Of a stretch of 64,000 bases of DNA, positions 48,415 through 57,922 are shown piece by piece. A program made the translations under genes and the position numbers. The stretch comes from Sulfurovum sp. UBA1140 (lineage in GTDB: Bacteria; Campylobacterota; Campylobacteria; Campylobacterales; Sulfurovaceae): contig DCAF01000008.1 in NCBI GenBank assembly GCA_002311915.1, positions 1,735 through 65,734 on the forward strand. Reading direction: 5' to 3'. The notes under the pieces are model-generated. The model made no database searches and had not been told where the DNA came from. It saw only the letters and a program-made list of their open reading frames with translations. The first letter of the stretch is position 1; each line of letters starts with the position of its first letter.

Positions 48415-48467
48415 CGGTTATTTTTTCTTGTTCCTTCATTTTATGAGGGAACAGTGAAATATATTGT

Positions 48468-49277
48468 ATGCTTACATTTATTCCCACACCCATTGGAAAC
48501 CCCCAAGATATTACTATTAGAGCTTTAAAAGAGTTTGAAAAAGCCACACTATTTTTATGTGAAGATACCCGTGAAACCAAAAGATTGTTACGTATTTTAG
48601 AAGAGCGTTTTGATTTTGCCTATCCTAATGTTGAATTTTTATCTTTTCATGAGCATAATGGAGCCAAGCGACTTTTAGAAGTTGCTTCAAGACTCTCTTT
48701 AGAGAATGTGATTTATGTAAGCGATGCAGGAATGCCAATTATCTCTGATCCTGGACAGATATTGGTAGAGCATTGCCAAGAGCATGAGATCGAGTATGAT
48801 GTTTTACCTGGGGCAAGTGCTGTGACAACTGCGTACGCTGCGAGTGGCTTTCCCGAGGGCAAGTTTACCTTTTTTGGTTTTTTGCCTCATAAAGGAACGT
48901 TAAGGGCTTCTGCTTTGAGTGAAGTGATGAACAGCCAAGAGAATGTTGTGTTGTATGAGTCTCCTCATCGAATTTTAAAACTTATTGAAGAGTTAGCCGA
49001 ACTTGATGAAGAGCGAGAGCTATTTTTTGCCAAAGAGTTGAGTAAAAAATTTCAGAATTATTATAAAGGAACGGCCAAAGTATTACTTGAAAAGTTTAAA
49101 ACACTCAACAGTAAAGGGGAGTGGGTGGTGATTGTTCGGGCAAAAAAACAACAGTGTCAGGTACTCTATTTTGAAGATATTTTAGCATTAGATTTGGCTT
49201 CTAAGGTAAAAGCAAAACTTTTATCAAAAATAACAGATAGAAATACAAAAGAGTGGTACAATGAACTTATTGGTTAA
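48468..49277 (+). CDS. rsmI: 16S rRNA C1402 2'-O-methyltransferase
   Basis: TPIGN, CEDTR, SDAGMP.ISDPG, YESPHR and KGEW motifs. Confidence 0.96.
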   Translation: MLTFIPTPIGNPQDITIRALKEFEKATLFLCEDTRETKRLLRILEERFDFAYPNVEFLSFHEHNGAKRLLEVASRLSLENVIYVSDAGMPIISDPGQILVEHCQEHEIEYDVLPGASAVTTAYAASGFPEGKFTFFGFLPHKGTLRASALSEVMNSQENVVLYESPHRILKLIEELAELDEERELFFAKELSKKFQNYYKGTAKVLLEKFKTLNSKGEWVVIVRAKKQQCQVLYFEDILALDLASKVKAKLLSKITDRNTKEWYNELIG

Positions 49278-49360
49278 CTCCTATCTATTTTTTTAATTTT
49301 ACTTAAAAACCCTCTTGACTTCAATGAAACAATACAGCAAAAATTTGATAAAATCATTTT

Positions 49361-50047
49361 ATGATTATTTATGGAAAACAAGTATGCCTTCATGCTATGC
49401 AGTCGCATGAGACATCAATTAAAACAGTATATATTGCAAAGAGGGGGATTTTACCCCAAAAACTTTATGACCAATACAAATTACGTATTAAATTTCTTGA
49501 GAATAAGTGGGCTCAGAGTATGGCAAAAGGTGGAAATCATCAAGGTATTTTACTTGAGATGGAACCTTTTGCTGAATCCACGTTATCAGCAATGAAAGAG
49601 AACAGTTTTGTGGTTGTTTTAGACACCTTGACCGATACAGGAAATATTGGAGCGATTGTTCGTTCTGCTTATGCCTTGGGTGCAGATGGCATTATTGCCA
49701 CAGGAGTAAAAACTTTAAACTTCTCCTCTATTGTGCGTACTAGTTCGGGAGCTTTGTTGGATATGCCCATGGTGATTATCCCCAACATTTTAGATGTGAT
49801 GAATGAGTTAAAGCAGGTTGGCTTTAGAATTTATGGTGCATCAATGGATGGTAAAGTCATTGATGGTTATAATTTTAATGATAAGAGGGTATTGGTACTC
49901 GGGAGCGAGGGAGAGGGTATCTCTAAACGTGCCAAACCAAAAATAGATGAGATGGTCTCTATTGAGATGCAACGAGAGTTTGATTCGCTCAATGTCAGTG
50001 CAGCGGCAGCAATATTAATATATAGGATGAGAAATGCAACTAAGTGA
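49361..50047 (+). CDS. rlmB: 23S rRNA Gm2251 methyltransferase
   Basis: NHQG, D.GNIGAIVRSA, LGSEGEG and SLNVS SPOUT motifs. Confidence 0.93.
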   Translation: MIIYGKQVCLHAMQSHETSIKTVYIAKRGILPQKLYDQYKLRIKFLENKWAQSMAKGGNHQGILLEMEPFAESTLSAMKENSFVVVLDTLTDTGNIGAIVRSAYALGADGIIATGVKTLNFSSIVRTSSGALLDMPMVIIPNILDVMNELKQVGFRIYGASMDGKVIDGYNFNDKRVLVLGSEGEGISKRAKPKIDEMVSIEMQREFDSLNVSAAAAILIYRMRNATK

Positions 50048-50981
50048 GATTATAGAGAAAAATGGCGTAATGAATATGAGCCAACGAACCAATATATCTA
50101 TTGATAATTTAGAGAGACTCAATAAGGGAGAATTTGAAAAGTTTAATCGTGTAAAAGCTTTGGGTTTTTTAAAAATATTGGAACGAGAATATGAAGCCGA
50201 TGTAGAGGAGTTACGGGCGACTATTAAAGAGTATTTTAAAGAGCATCATACTGTTCAGGATGATGAGGTGGTGATGTTAACAAAGAGTCAAGAGGCAGGT
50301 GTCTCTTCTAGTTCAGGTTTCTTTAGATGGTTAATTATTTTTGGAATTTTATATGGGCTTTGGTTTCTTTATAGTAATGGTAAACTCGATAGTTTTTTTT
50401 CGGTAGAGAGCAAAATAAACCTTTTAGATGATACTACGGCATTAGAGAGCAGTGTAAGTGATGCTGATGCCCAAAAAGTGGTTTTGAGTGAGAGTAATGA
50501 TAGTCAAAAAAAAATTGAAGTGAAGATCGAAACCACTAAAACAGTGCCTGAAAAGGCGTTAGAGACGACAGAAAGTAACAAAACAGGTGGAATTGGCTCT
50601 ATTTTTGATAAAAATGGTTCTCAAGTGATAGAGAGTGTTCCGCTTATTGATACAGCAGAAAAGAGGGTAGATGAAGAGGATCAGGCTCAAATTATTTACA
50701 ATTTAACGGTAAATCCAACCAAAGGTATGCTTTGGTATGGGTTCATTAATTTGGATACAAAAGAGAGAAGAGAGTTCATGAACAAGAAATCAACACCATT
50801 TGAGCTTGATGGAAATCGTTGGATTTTGGTCACAGGACACGGTTACGTGGATATTGTTTCGGATGCAAAAACCATAAACATCTCGGATAGAAAAAAACAC
50901 TATTTTTATCTGGACAGTACCGAGATTAGAGAGATTGATAGAAAAGAGTTCAGAAGTTTAAATAAGGGAAGGGGTTGGTAA
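50034..50981 (+). CDS. RodZ-like HTH/TM protein
   Basis: N-terminal HTH-like region, one TM helix, and a periplasmic C-terminal domain. Confidence 0.6.
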   Translation: MQLSEIIEKNGVMNMSQRTNISIDNLERLNKGEFEKFNRVKALGFLKILEREYEADVEELRATIKEYFKEHHTVQDDEVVMLTKSQEAGVSSSSGFFRWLIIFGILYGLWFLYSNGKLDSFFSVESKINLLDDTTALESSVSDADAQKVVLSESNDSQKKIEVKIETTKTVPEKALETTESNKTGGIGSIFDKNGSQVIESVPLIDTAEKRVDEEDQAQIIYNLTVNPTKGMLWYGFINLDTKERREFMNKKSTPFELDGNRWILVTGHGYVDIVSDAKTINISDRKKHYFYLDSTEIREIDRKEFRSLNKGRGW

Positions 50982-52216
50982 TGTTTGACGAGATTCAATT
51001 TGAAAAGATAAATAGGTTGCCAAAATATATTTTTGCAGAGATTAATGATCTGAAAATGGGTGCAAGACGCGAGGGTAAAGATATTATAGATTTTTCTATG
51101 GGGAATCCAGATGCCAGAACGCCTCAACCAATTATTGATAAATTGTGTGAAACAGCACAGCGTGATAAAACACATGGGTACAGTGCAAGTAAAGGTATTT
51201 ATAAATTACGGTTAGCCATGTGTAAGTGGTATAAGCGTAAATATAATGTGATGCTTGACCCCAATACGGAAGTGGTTGCGACCATGGGAAGTAAAGAGGG
51301 GTATGTACACTTGGTTCAAGCCATCTCTAACCCAGGGGATGTGGCAATTGTTCCAGATCCTACCTATCCTATTCATTCACAAGCTTTTATTTTAGCTGGA
51401 GCGAATGTTGAAAAGATGGAGCTTGAGTTTAATGAAGAGACTTTTGAACTGGATGAAGATGCGTTTATTAATAATGTAAAACAGGCATTGAGCAACTCTC
51501 TGCCTCGTGCAAAATTTTTAATACTTAATTTTCCTCATAATCCAACAACGGTAACGGTAACACCTGATTTTTATAAAAGAATTGTAGCTTTAGCAAAAGA
51601 GGAACGGTTCTATATTATCTCGGATATTGCTTATGCTGATATTACTTTTGAGGGGTATAAAACTCCGTCAATTTTAGAAGTAGATGGGGCTAAAGATGTG
51701 GCTGTTGAAGCGTATACTCTTTCCAAATCTTATAACATGGCAGGTTGGCGTGTTGGGTTTGTTGTGGGAAATAAAAAAATGATTGGTGCGTTACAGAGCA
51801 TTAAATCATGGCTTGATTATGGAATGTTTACCCCCATTCAAGTAGCAGCAACCGTGGCACTTGATGAGCATGGATATGTACCTGATGAGCAGATTATTCC
51901 ACGATATAAAAAACGACGGGATGTAATGCTTGAATCATTTGCCAATGCAGGTTGGAAAATGAGTAAACCGAACGCTTCGATGTTTATTTGGGGTAAAATC
52001 CCTGAAAATTGTCGAGCCATGGGGAGTTTAGAGTTCTCTAAGAGATTGTTGGTTGAAGCCAGTGTAGCCGTAAGCCCAGGGATTGGCTTTGGTACGTATG
52101 GTGATCAATATGTGCGTATTGCATTGATTGAAAACGAGAACAGAATACGACAAGCAGCACGAAATATTAAGAAGTTTTTAAAAACAGTTGACGCTGAAAA
52201 TTTAAAGGATAAATAG
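50975..52216 (+). CDS. PLP-dependent class I aminotransferase (AlaC/YfdZ-like, often labelled LL-DAP aminotransferase)
   Basis: DFSMGNPD, GSKEG, NFPHNPT, DIAY and SKSYNMAGWRVG motifs. Confidence 0.92.
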   Translation: MVMFDEIQFEKINRLPKYIFAEINDLKMGARREGKDIIDFSMGNPDARTPQPIIDKLCETAQRDKTHGYSASKGIYKLRLAMCKWYKRKYNVMLDPNTEVVATMGSKEGYVHLVQAISNPGDVAIVPDPTYPIHSQAFILAGANVEKMELEFNEETFELDEDAFINNVKQALSNSLPRAKFLILNFPHNPTTVTVTPDFYKRIVALAKEERFYIISDIAYADITFEGYKTPSILEVDGAKDVAVEAYTLSKSYNMAGWRVGFVVGNKKMIGALQSIKSWLDYGMFTPIQVAATVALDEHGYVPDEQIIPRYKKRRDVMLESFANAGWKMSKPNASMFIWGKIPENCRAMGSLEFSKRLLVEASVAVSPGIGFGTYGDQYVRIALIENENRIRQAARNIKKFLKTVDAENLKDK

Positions 52217-53479
52217 ATGGTAAAAATAGGAATACTAGGAGTTGGAACCGTCGGGGCAAGTGTTGTAAATATTTTAGAGAGCAATGCCGATATAATCGAG
52301 GCACGAGCAGGTAAAAAAATTATTGTCAAATCTGGTGTGGTACAGAATCTCTCTAAAGATAGAGGGGTAACAATTAAACTCTCTGATAATCCTATGGATA
52401 TTATTGATGACCCTGAAATAGACATTGTTGTTGAGCTTATGGGTGGGGTTGAAGAGCCTTATGCCTTGGTTAAAAAAGCACTCGAAAATGGTAAAGCTGT
52501 GGTGACGGCAAATAAAGCACTTTTGGCATATCATCGTTATGCACTCCAACAGATTGCAGGGGATATTCCTTTGATGTATGAGGCAAGTACAGCAGGGGGA
52601 ATTCCTGTTATTGGAGCGATGAAAAATGGTTTGACTGCAAATCATATAGAGTCGATTCAAGGAATCATGAATGGTACAACCAATTATATGTTGACCAAAA
52701 TGATAAATGAAGGGGCTAAATATGATGAGATTCTTAAAGAGGCTCAAGATTTAGGCTACGCAGAGGCTGACCCAACTTTTGATGTGGGTGGTTTTGATGC
52801 GTCGCATAAACTGCTTATTTTGGCAAGTATTGCGTATGGTATTGATGCCAAACCCGAAGATATTCTTATTGAAGGGATTGAAAATATTACCCAAACCGAT
52901 GTGGCATTTGCCAAAGAGTTTGGTTATGAGATAAAACTGCTAGGAATTGCTAAAAAAGTGGGAGAGGGCGTTGAGCTTAGAGTCCATGCCACCATGATAC
53001 CTGCAAGTAGTATGATTGCCAAGGTGGATGGTGTAATGAATGCTGTTTCCGTAGTGGGTGACCGAGTGGGTGAGACCATGTATTACGGAGCAGGAGCAGG
53101 TGGAGATGCCACAGCTTCAGCGGTGATTGCCGATATTATAGACATTGTTCGTGGAAATCATGGACCAATGTTGGGTTATAAAAAAGGGTTAAAGAGTCAT
53201 CTAACACTTCTTCCAAAAGGGGAGATAACCACACACTACTATCTTCGATTAGAAGTAGATGATCGTTCAGGTGTGTTGGCTTCAATCACCAAAGAGCTTG
53301 AAAAATTTGACATTTCGATAGAGTCAATGTTGCAACAACCACACGCTACCGATACCCGTGTTAAACTGCTCTTTACAACCCACGAGTGTCAAGAGGCTAA
53401 AATACAAGAGGCGATGGATGTATTAAAGGCTTTGGATTGTGTACATGGTGAGATTGCTATGATGAGGATTGAAAAGTAA
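52217..53479 (+). CDS. hom: Homoserine dehydrogenase with ACT domain
   Basis: GVGTVG, VVTANKA, GIMNGT, GYAEADPTFD and GAGAGGDATASAV motifs. Confidence 0.97.
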   Translation: MVKIGILGVGTVGASVVNILESNADIIEARAGKKIIVKSGVVQNLSKDRGVTIKLSDNPMDIIDDPEIDIVVELMGGVEEPYALVKKALENGKAVVTANKALLAYHRYALQQIAGDIPLMYEASTAGGIPVIGAMKNGLTANHIESIQGIMNGTTNYMLTKMINEGAKYDEILKEAQDLGYAEADPTFDVGGFDASHKLLILASIAYGIDAKPEDILIEGIENITQTDVAFAKEFGYEIKLLGIAKKVGEGVELRVHATMIPASSMIAKVDGVMNAVSVVGDRVGETMYYGAGAGGDATASAVIADIIDIVRGNHGPMLGYKKGLKSHLTLLPKGEITTHYYLRLEVDDRSGVLASITKELEKFDISIESMLQQPHATDTRVKLLFTTHECQEAKIQEAMDVLKALDCVHGEIAMMRIEK

Positions 53480-53480
53480 A

Positions 53481-53505
53481 AAAAGAGGTAGAATATACCT
53501 CTTTT
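53481..53505. terminator. Bidirectional intrinsic terminator between hom and cobD
   Basis: AAAAGAGGTA-GAATA-TACCTCTTTT. Confidence 0.75.
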
Positions 53506-53510
53506 ATTCA

Positions 53511-54524
53511 TTAAAGATTATCTTTTAATGCCTCTTCTAAAACCTTTAAAGCCTTTTTACTCTTTACAGCAATTCTAACATACTGCTCATCTAAAAAATC
53601 AAAATTAGAGCAGTCTCTTATCATTATTTTATAGGGGATTAAAAGCTCTTGAAACTCTTTTGCTGTTAGATTATTGAGTTGAACTAAAATATAATTGGCA
53701 GAAGAGGGAAAGAGCGTTTTAATATGTTTTGACGCTTTAAGCATATCGACCAGATAGGCTCTATTTTGCTGGTTAATCTCTTTAGATATTTTTGGAAACT
53801 TTTGGTCTTTTAAAACGGCTTGAAGATAGTGGCTGTCAAAATCTGAAATTTTCCACAAAGGTTCTTGCTTTTTTAATCTTTTAATATTGTTTGAGTTTGA
53901 AAGAATGGTTCCCACGCGAATTCCTGCCGAGCTGTAAAACTTGGTCATTGACTTTAAAATATAGAGTTTATCGTACTGATTTATATATTGAATCGCCGAT
54001 TGAAAATTGGTAAAATCCAAAAAAGACTCATCAATCAAAATGGTACACTTCTGCTCTATCCAGCGTTGTATCAGTTTTTCTATATTATAAAATTTACCAT
54101 CAGGAGTTGAAGGGTTTACAAAAATAACCAGTGAGTTTGTGGGTACTTTTTGCTCTAATTTTCCAAATCTATTAATGGTGGTTGTTCTGTAATTAAAAAG
54201 TTCAGAGGCTTTTTTGTATTCTAAATAAGCAGGTGAATAGATTACCGATGTTTGCAGATTGAAAAATCTAAAGAGCGAAAAGATAGCCGAACTTCCCCCA
54301 TTAAATAGCTCAATTTGATTGGTATTTACCCCATAGAGTGTGGCAATAGAGCTGTATAGTTTGTCATAATTAGGGTAGTTGGATATGTTTAAATGGTTAA
54401 AGTCTATATTGGTTTTAGGTTGAATAAAATTGATATTAGAAGAGAGGTCAATTACCTCTTCTACGGGGCATTTTATACGAGAGGCAAATTGTAAAATATC
54501 CCCACCATGTTGAAATTGGGTCAT
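53511..54524 (-). CDS. cobD: L-threonine-O-3-phosphate decarboxylase-like PLP enzyme
   Basis: HGG, DLSSNIN, NP.TPDG, DESF and SMTKFY..G.RVG motifs, in cob context. Confidence 0.8.
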   Translation of the reverse strand: MTQFQHGGDILQFASRIKCPVEEVIDLSSNINFIQPKTNIDFNHLNISNYPNYDKLYSSIATLYGVNTNQIELFNGGSSAIFSLFRFFNLQTSVIYSPAYLEYKKASELFNYRTTTINRFGKLEQKVPTNSLVIFVNPSTPDGKFYNIEKLIQRWIEQKCTILIDESFLDFTNFQSAIQYINQYDKLYILKSMTKFYSSAGIRVGTILSNSNNIKRLKKQEPLWKISDFDSHYLQAVLKDQKFPKISKEINQQNRAYLVDMLKASKHIKTLFPSSANYILVQLNNLTAKEFQELLIPYKIMIRDCSNFDFLDEQYVRIAVKSKKALKVLEEALKDNL

Positions 54525-55015
54525 TTTAATTGACTATTTAATCCCAATTTTACTTCATAAACTTCGTCACATATTTTGGCTAAATATTGCCCAATAATCC
54601 CTGTTAAATCTACAAATTTACGACTTTTGGCATCTATTGGAATAACTCCTGAACCAACATTGTTGAGTACAAAAACAGTATGAGCATCTATTTGGGCTAA
54701 AGTATCCAGTTGTATTAAAAGTTCCTCTTCACTTTTATCAAGATTGTTGAGTATCCACATCGAGATACAGTCAACCAAATAGGTCTGATTGGGCTTAATA
54801 ACTTTAGATAAATCAGATGGCTCTTCAATGGTAATAAACTTTTTTTGGCGTTGTGACTGATGCTTGTTTATTCGTTTTTCCATCTCACCATCTCCATAGC
54901 TATTGTTGTAGGTGGCGATATAGTAGGGCTTATTCTCTGTTGATAATTGTAAAGCTTTCTCTTCTGCCAATCGACTTTTACCCGATTTTTGTCCTCCATA
55001 ATATAGAATTTTCAT
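54521..55015 (-). CDS. cobU: Adenosylcobinamide kinase / cobinamide-phosphate guanylyltransferase
   Basis: GGQKSGKSRLAE, YIAT, HQ.QR, DCISMW, N.VGSG..P and F.D..G motifs. Confidence 0.92.
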   Translation of the reverse strand: MKILYYGGQKSGKSRLAEEKALQLSTENKPYYIATYNNSYGDGEMEKRINKHQSQRQKKFITIEEPSDLSKVIKPNQTYLVDCISMWILNNLDKSEEELLIQLDTLAQIDAHTVFVLNNVGSGVIPIDAKSRKFVDLTGIIGQYLAKICDEVYEVKLGLNSQLK

Positions 55016-56074
55016 CTATCTTAAAAATTCTTCAACTTGTGCGGTAATCTCTTTTTGGTTTAATCCATTTAAAAATCCATACATCAATGCCCCACCAGCA
55101 CCCACACCCTCTTTGGCTTCTCCTTCGTCGTAGAGTTTTAGGGCAGGGTGTTGGGTTAAAGAGAAATCAAAATCAGCGTAGTAAGCATTAATAGGAAAAG
55201 ACAACATCGCTAAGAGTGCTTTGATATTGCTCTGCTCATCAACGGCAACCCACTTGGTGGTACATAGTGCCAAGTTCGAGGTCTCTATCTCCCCACCCAT
55301 ATACTCTAAAATAGAATTAATAATCAGCAGTACCCCTGCCATCTGTGTGCCACCTGCCAACACCACTTTAATACGATTGTTTAGTCCCAAGATAAATCCT
55401 GCATTAAAAATAAGCATATTGTCCGAGACCGAACCTAAAATATCAAATAGGTCGTTTTTATCTATAATGTTTTTGAGTGCCAAGTTGATGGTTTTTTCTC
55501 GTATACTATTAGGAACCTCTTTGAAGCTACTGCTAAAATACTCTTTGGCATCATACCCCAAAGCCAAAGCTGTAGCCGTAGCCGTGGTGGTTCCACTAGG
55601 AACCGACTCTCCTAAAATAATATAATCACTCTGGCACTCATAGCTCTGCCCAAAGGTAACCCCTTTTTGAAAAAGAGTCTCGGCATCAATATTGGCTCCC
55701 GTATCAATGGAGTCACTAGAATTTATATCAAAGGTGTGCTGTTTAAAGTAGCTTATTTGGGGGGTGATTTCAATACCTAAATTGAGTAGTTCTACAGCAT
55801 GGTAAGGTTTTAAAAGGTGTACGGCTCGGGTAATAAGAGCAGGGGTCGGAACCCCTTTGGGCGTTTTAGCAATACCCTCTAGGCTTCGTACCTCTCCTGT
55901 ACAGACAAACTCACTATCAAGCGTGGGTGTTAAGTGAATCATATTGGGGATTCCTGCTTGGGTTATCCCCTTAATATTGGTTGTTTTGGTATTGCTTAAA
56001 GCCAACATAAAAGTAGCTCTTTTACCCCGTAGTGACTCTATAAAATCAATGTTTCCTGTTAATATTTTTATCAT
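55016..56074 (-). CDS. cobT: NaMN:base phosphoribosyltransferase, archaeal/cyanobacterial-type CobT
   Basis: ITQAG, PTLD.E, PTPALIT, GESVP.GTTTA, AGGTQM and KEGVGAGG motifs. Confidence 0.85.
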   Translation of the reverse strand: MIKILTGNIDFIESLRGKRATFMLALSNTKTTNIKGITQAGIPNMIHLTPTLDSEFVCTGEVRSLEGIAKTPKGVPTPALITRAVHLLKPYHAVELLNLGIEITPQISYFKQHTFDINSSDSIDTGANIDAETLFQKGVTFGQSYECQSDYIILGESVPSGTTTATATALALGYDAKEYFSSSFKEVPNSIREKTINLALKNIIDKNDLFDILGSVSDNMLIFNAGFILGLNNRIKVVLAGGTQMAGVLLIINSILEYMGGEIETSNLALCTTKWVAVDEQSNIKALLAMLSFPINAYYADFDFSLTQHPALKLYDEGEAKEGVGAGGALMYGFLNGLNQKEITAQVEEFLR

Positions 56075-56182
56075 AATAGTCTTTTTTAGTGCGTAGTATA
56101 GTAGAGTGCATCTAATAGGTTGCTTATTAAAAGTCCCACCACTCCTTTAGTATTTTTAATTTTAATTTCTCAAAGAAATTTA

Positions 56183-56971
56183 TTATAATAATTTGTCCAA
56201 TCTGTCAAGTAGTTCTTGGTAGTTTTTATGGTTTAAATACCGAGTTGTGGCGTAGTATAGTAGGGCATATCGAATATATTCATTAAACGCTTTTAGCTCC
56301 ATGGAGCTACCATAACTTTTTAGTAGACTCATTACTTTTTGGGGGTTTAGCATCTTTTTGTTATAGCACCAACTGATGGCAACCACGGCGAGTTCAAAAT
56401 GAAAATCACCACTACAGGCATCGGTAAAATCATATACTCCCGATAATTTTCCATTTTTAAACTTGGCATTGTCTACAAAGAGGTCACCGTGAATAATTCC
56501 CTCTTCTTTAAGTTCAATGTTTAAGTTCTGAAAATACTCTTGGAATATTCTTTGTTGGGTTAACTCTATCAGTTTGCCCAAGCGTTTGGTGGTAAAAAGA
56601 TTTTTGTTTGATGAGGTGAGTTGTTTACTCTTTTGATGAAACAGTTTTAAAAAAACTCCTATCTGTTCAATCTCGTGAGTGGAAGGGTTTTCTAGGCTTT
56701 TACCCTCTATTTGGGTGGTAATGACAACTTGATGATTTTTGATTTTAAAATGTTCAATCACTTTAGGAATGCTTAATGGTTCAAGTTGATTTAAAAGCAC
56801 TATCTCTTGCTCTACGGTCTCTGTTGAGACATCCTCTTCAAAGAGTTTCAGAATATATTGGTCATCTAAAAGATAGACCGAAGCCATTACTCCATCGGTG
56901 GTAGAAAGAAGTTGATGGTGTTGGTAGTGGGGTGGTAGTTGTTCATGGCGAATGGCAGTTTTAATGCCCAT
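56183..56971 (-). CDS. APH/type II homoserine-kinase-like phosphotransferase
   Basis: Brenner motif HGDLFVDN, GVYDF, and N-terminal GVMASVY..YILKLFE. Confidence 0.85.
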   Translation of the reverse strand: MGIKTAIRHEQLPPHYQHHQLLSTTDGVMASVYLLDDQYILKLFEEDVSTETVEQEIVLLNQLEPLSIPKVIEHFKIKNHQVVITTQIEGKSLENPSTHEIEQIGVFLKLFHQKSKQLTSSNKNLFTTKRLGKLIELTQQRIFQEYFQNLNIELKEEGIIHGDLFVDNAKFKNGKLSGVYDFTDACSGDFHFELAVVAISWCYNKKMLNPQKVMSLLKSYGSSMELKAFNEYIRYALLYYATTRYLNHKNYQELLDRLDKLL

Positions 56972-56980
56972 GGTTAATCC

Positions 56981-57922
56981 TTAAGTTTTTTGACGAATAA
57001 GCAGGTAGACAAAAAATGGTCCACCTAGAAATGAGGTAATGACCCCAATGGGAATATCGGAACTGGTTCCTAAATTTCTTGCAATTAAATCACAAAGTAC
57101 CAAGAAAACTCCTGAATAAAAAAAGGTTGGAATCAGCAGTCTATCGGCACTCTGTTGATAGATATTTTTTATAATATGGGGGATAATTAACCCCACAAAT
57201 CCAATGGGTCCTGTTAGGCTAACGGCGATACCCACAGCGATAGAGACGGCTATAAGTAGAACGGTATTGACCCTTTTAACCTCGATGCCTTTTAAAAAAG
57301 CATTATCATAAGAGGTTAGCAGAAGTCTGATGGCATCTTTATAGTAGATAGCTAGAAGAAGCAGTAAAATACTAGAGAGTATCAGGGGAAAGGTATCCCC
57401 AAACCCCACCACATCAAGCGAACCCATGGTAAAGCGTATTATCTCATAACTTTGTGACTCATCACTCAGATAAAATAGCACCATTAGTGAAGCTGAATAA
57501 AAAAATGAGAGGGCGATTCCAACCAATAGCAGTGAGTTTGTCTCATAGCCACTCAGTCGTGAAGTAATGGAAAATAGCGTTATTACGGTCATCATGGCTC
57601 CTAAAAAACCAAAGAGAGCGACCATTGAAGTTAATCCAAAAACAATGGCAAATGCCGTTCCAAGGGTGGCTCCACTGGCAACTCCTAAGGTAAAAGGGGT
57701 ACTCATGGGGTTACGAAAGAGCGATTGAAAAAGCAGTCCACTCAATCCCAATAAAGCCCCTGTAAAAAAAGCTACCACAATACGGGGCAGTCGAATCTTC
57801 CAAAAGATGGTATGTTCCATGCTGTTGGGGATGTTAATTTGGCTTATCTCTATGGGTATTTGTCCTAAAAAGGGGGCAATGAGTATGATAGCAATCGAGA
57901 GTAGGGGGAAGAGGTATCTCAT
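56981..57922 (-). CDS. btuC: FecCD/BtuC-family ABC permease
   Basis: RLPR, QSLFRNP, LGVASGA, GPIGFVGLI.PH and G.PFF motifs. Confidence 0.85.
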   Translation of the reverse strand: MRYLFPLLSIAIILIAPFLGQIPIEISQINIPNSMEHTIFWKIRLPRIVVAFFTGALLGLSGLLFQSLFRNPMSTPFTLGVASGATLGTAFAIVFGLTSMVALFGFLGAMMTVITLFSITSRLSGYETNSLLLVGIALSFFYSASLMVLFYLSDESQSYEIIRFTMGSLDVVGFGDTFPLILSSILLLLLAIYYKDAIRLLLTSYDNAFLKGIEVKRVNTVLLIAVSIAVGIAVSLTGPIGFVGLIIPHIIKNIYQQSADRLLIPTFFYSGVFLVLCDLIARNLGTSSDIPIGVITSFLGGPFFVYLLIRQKT

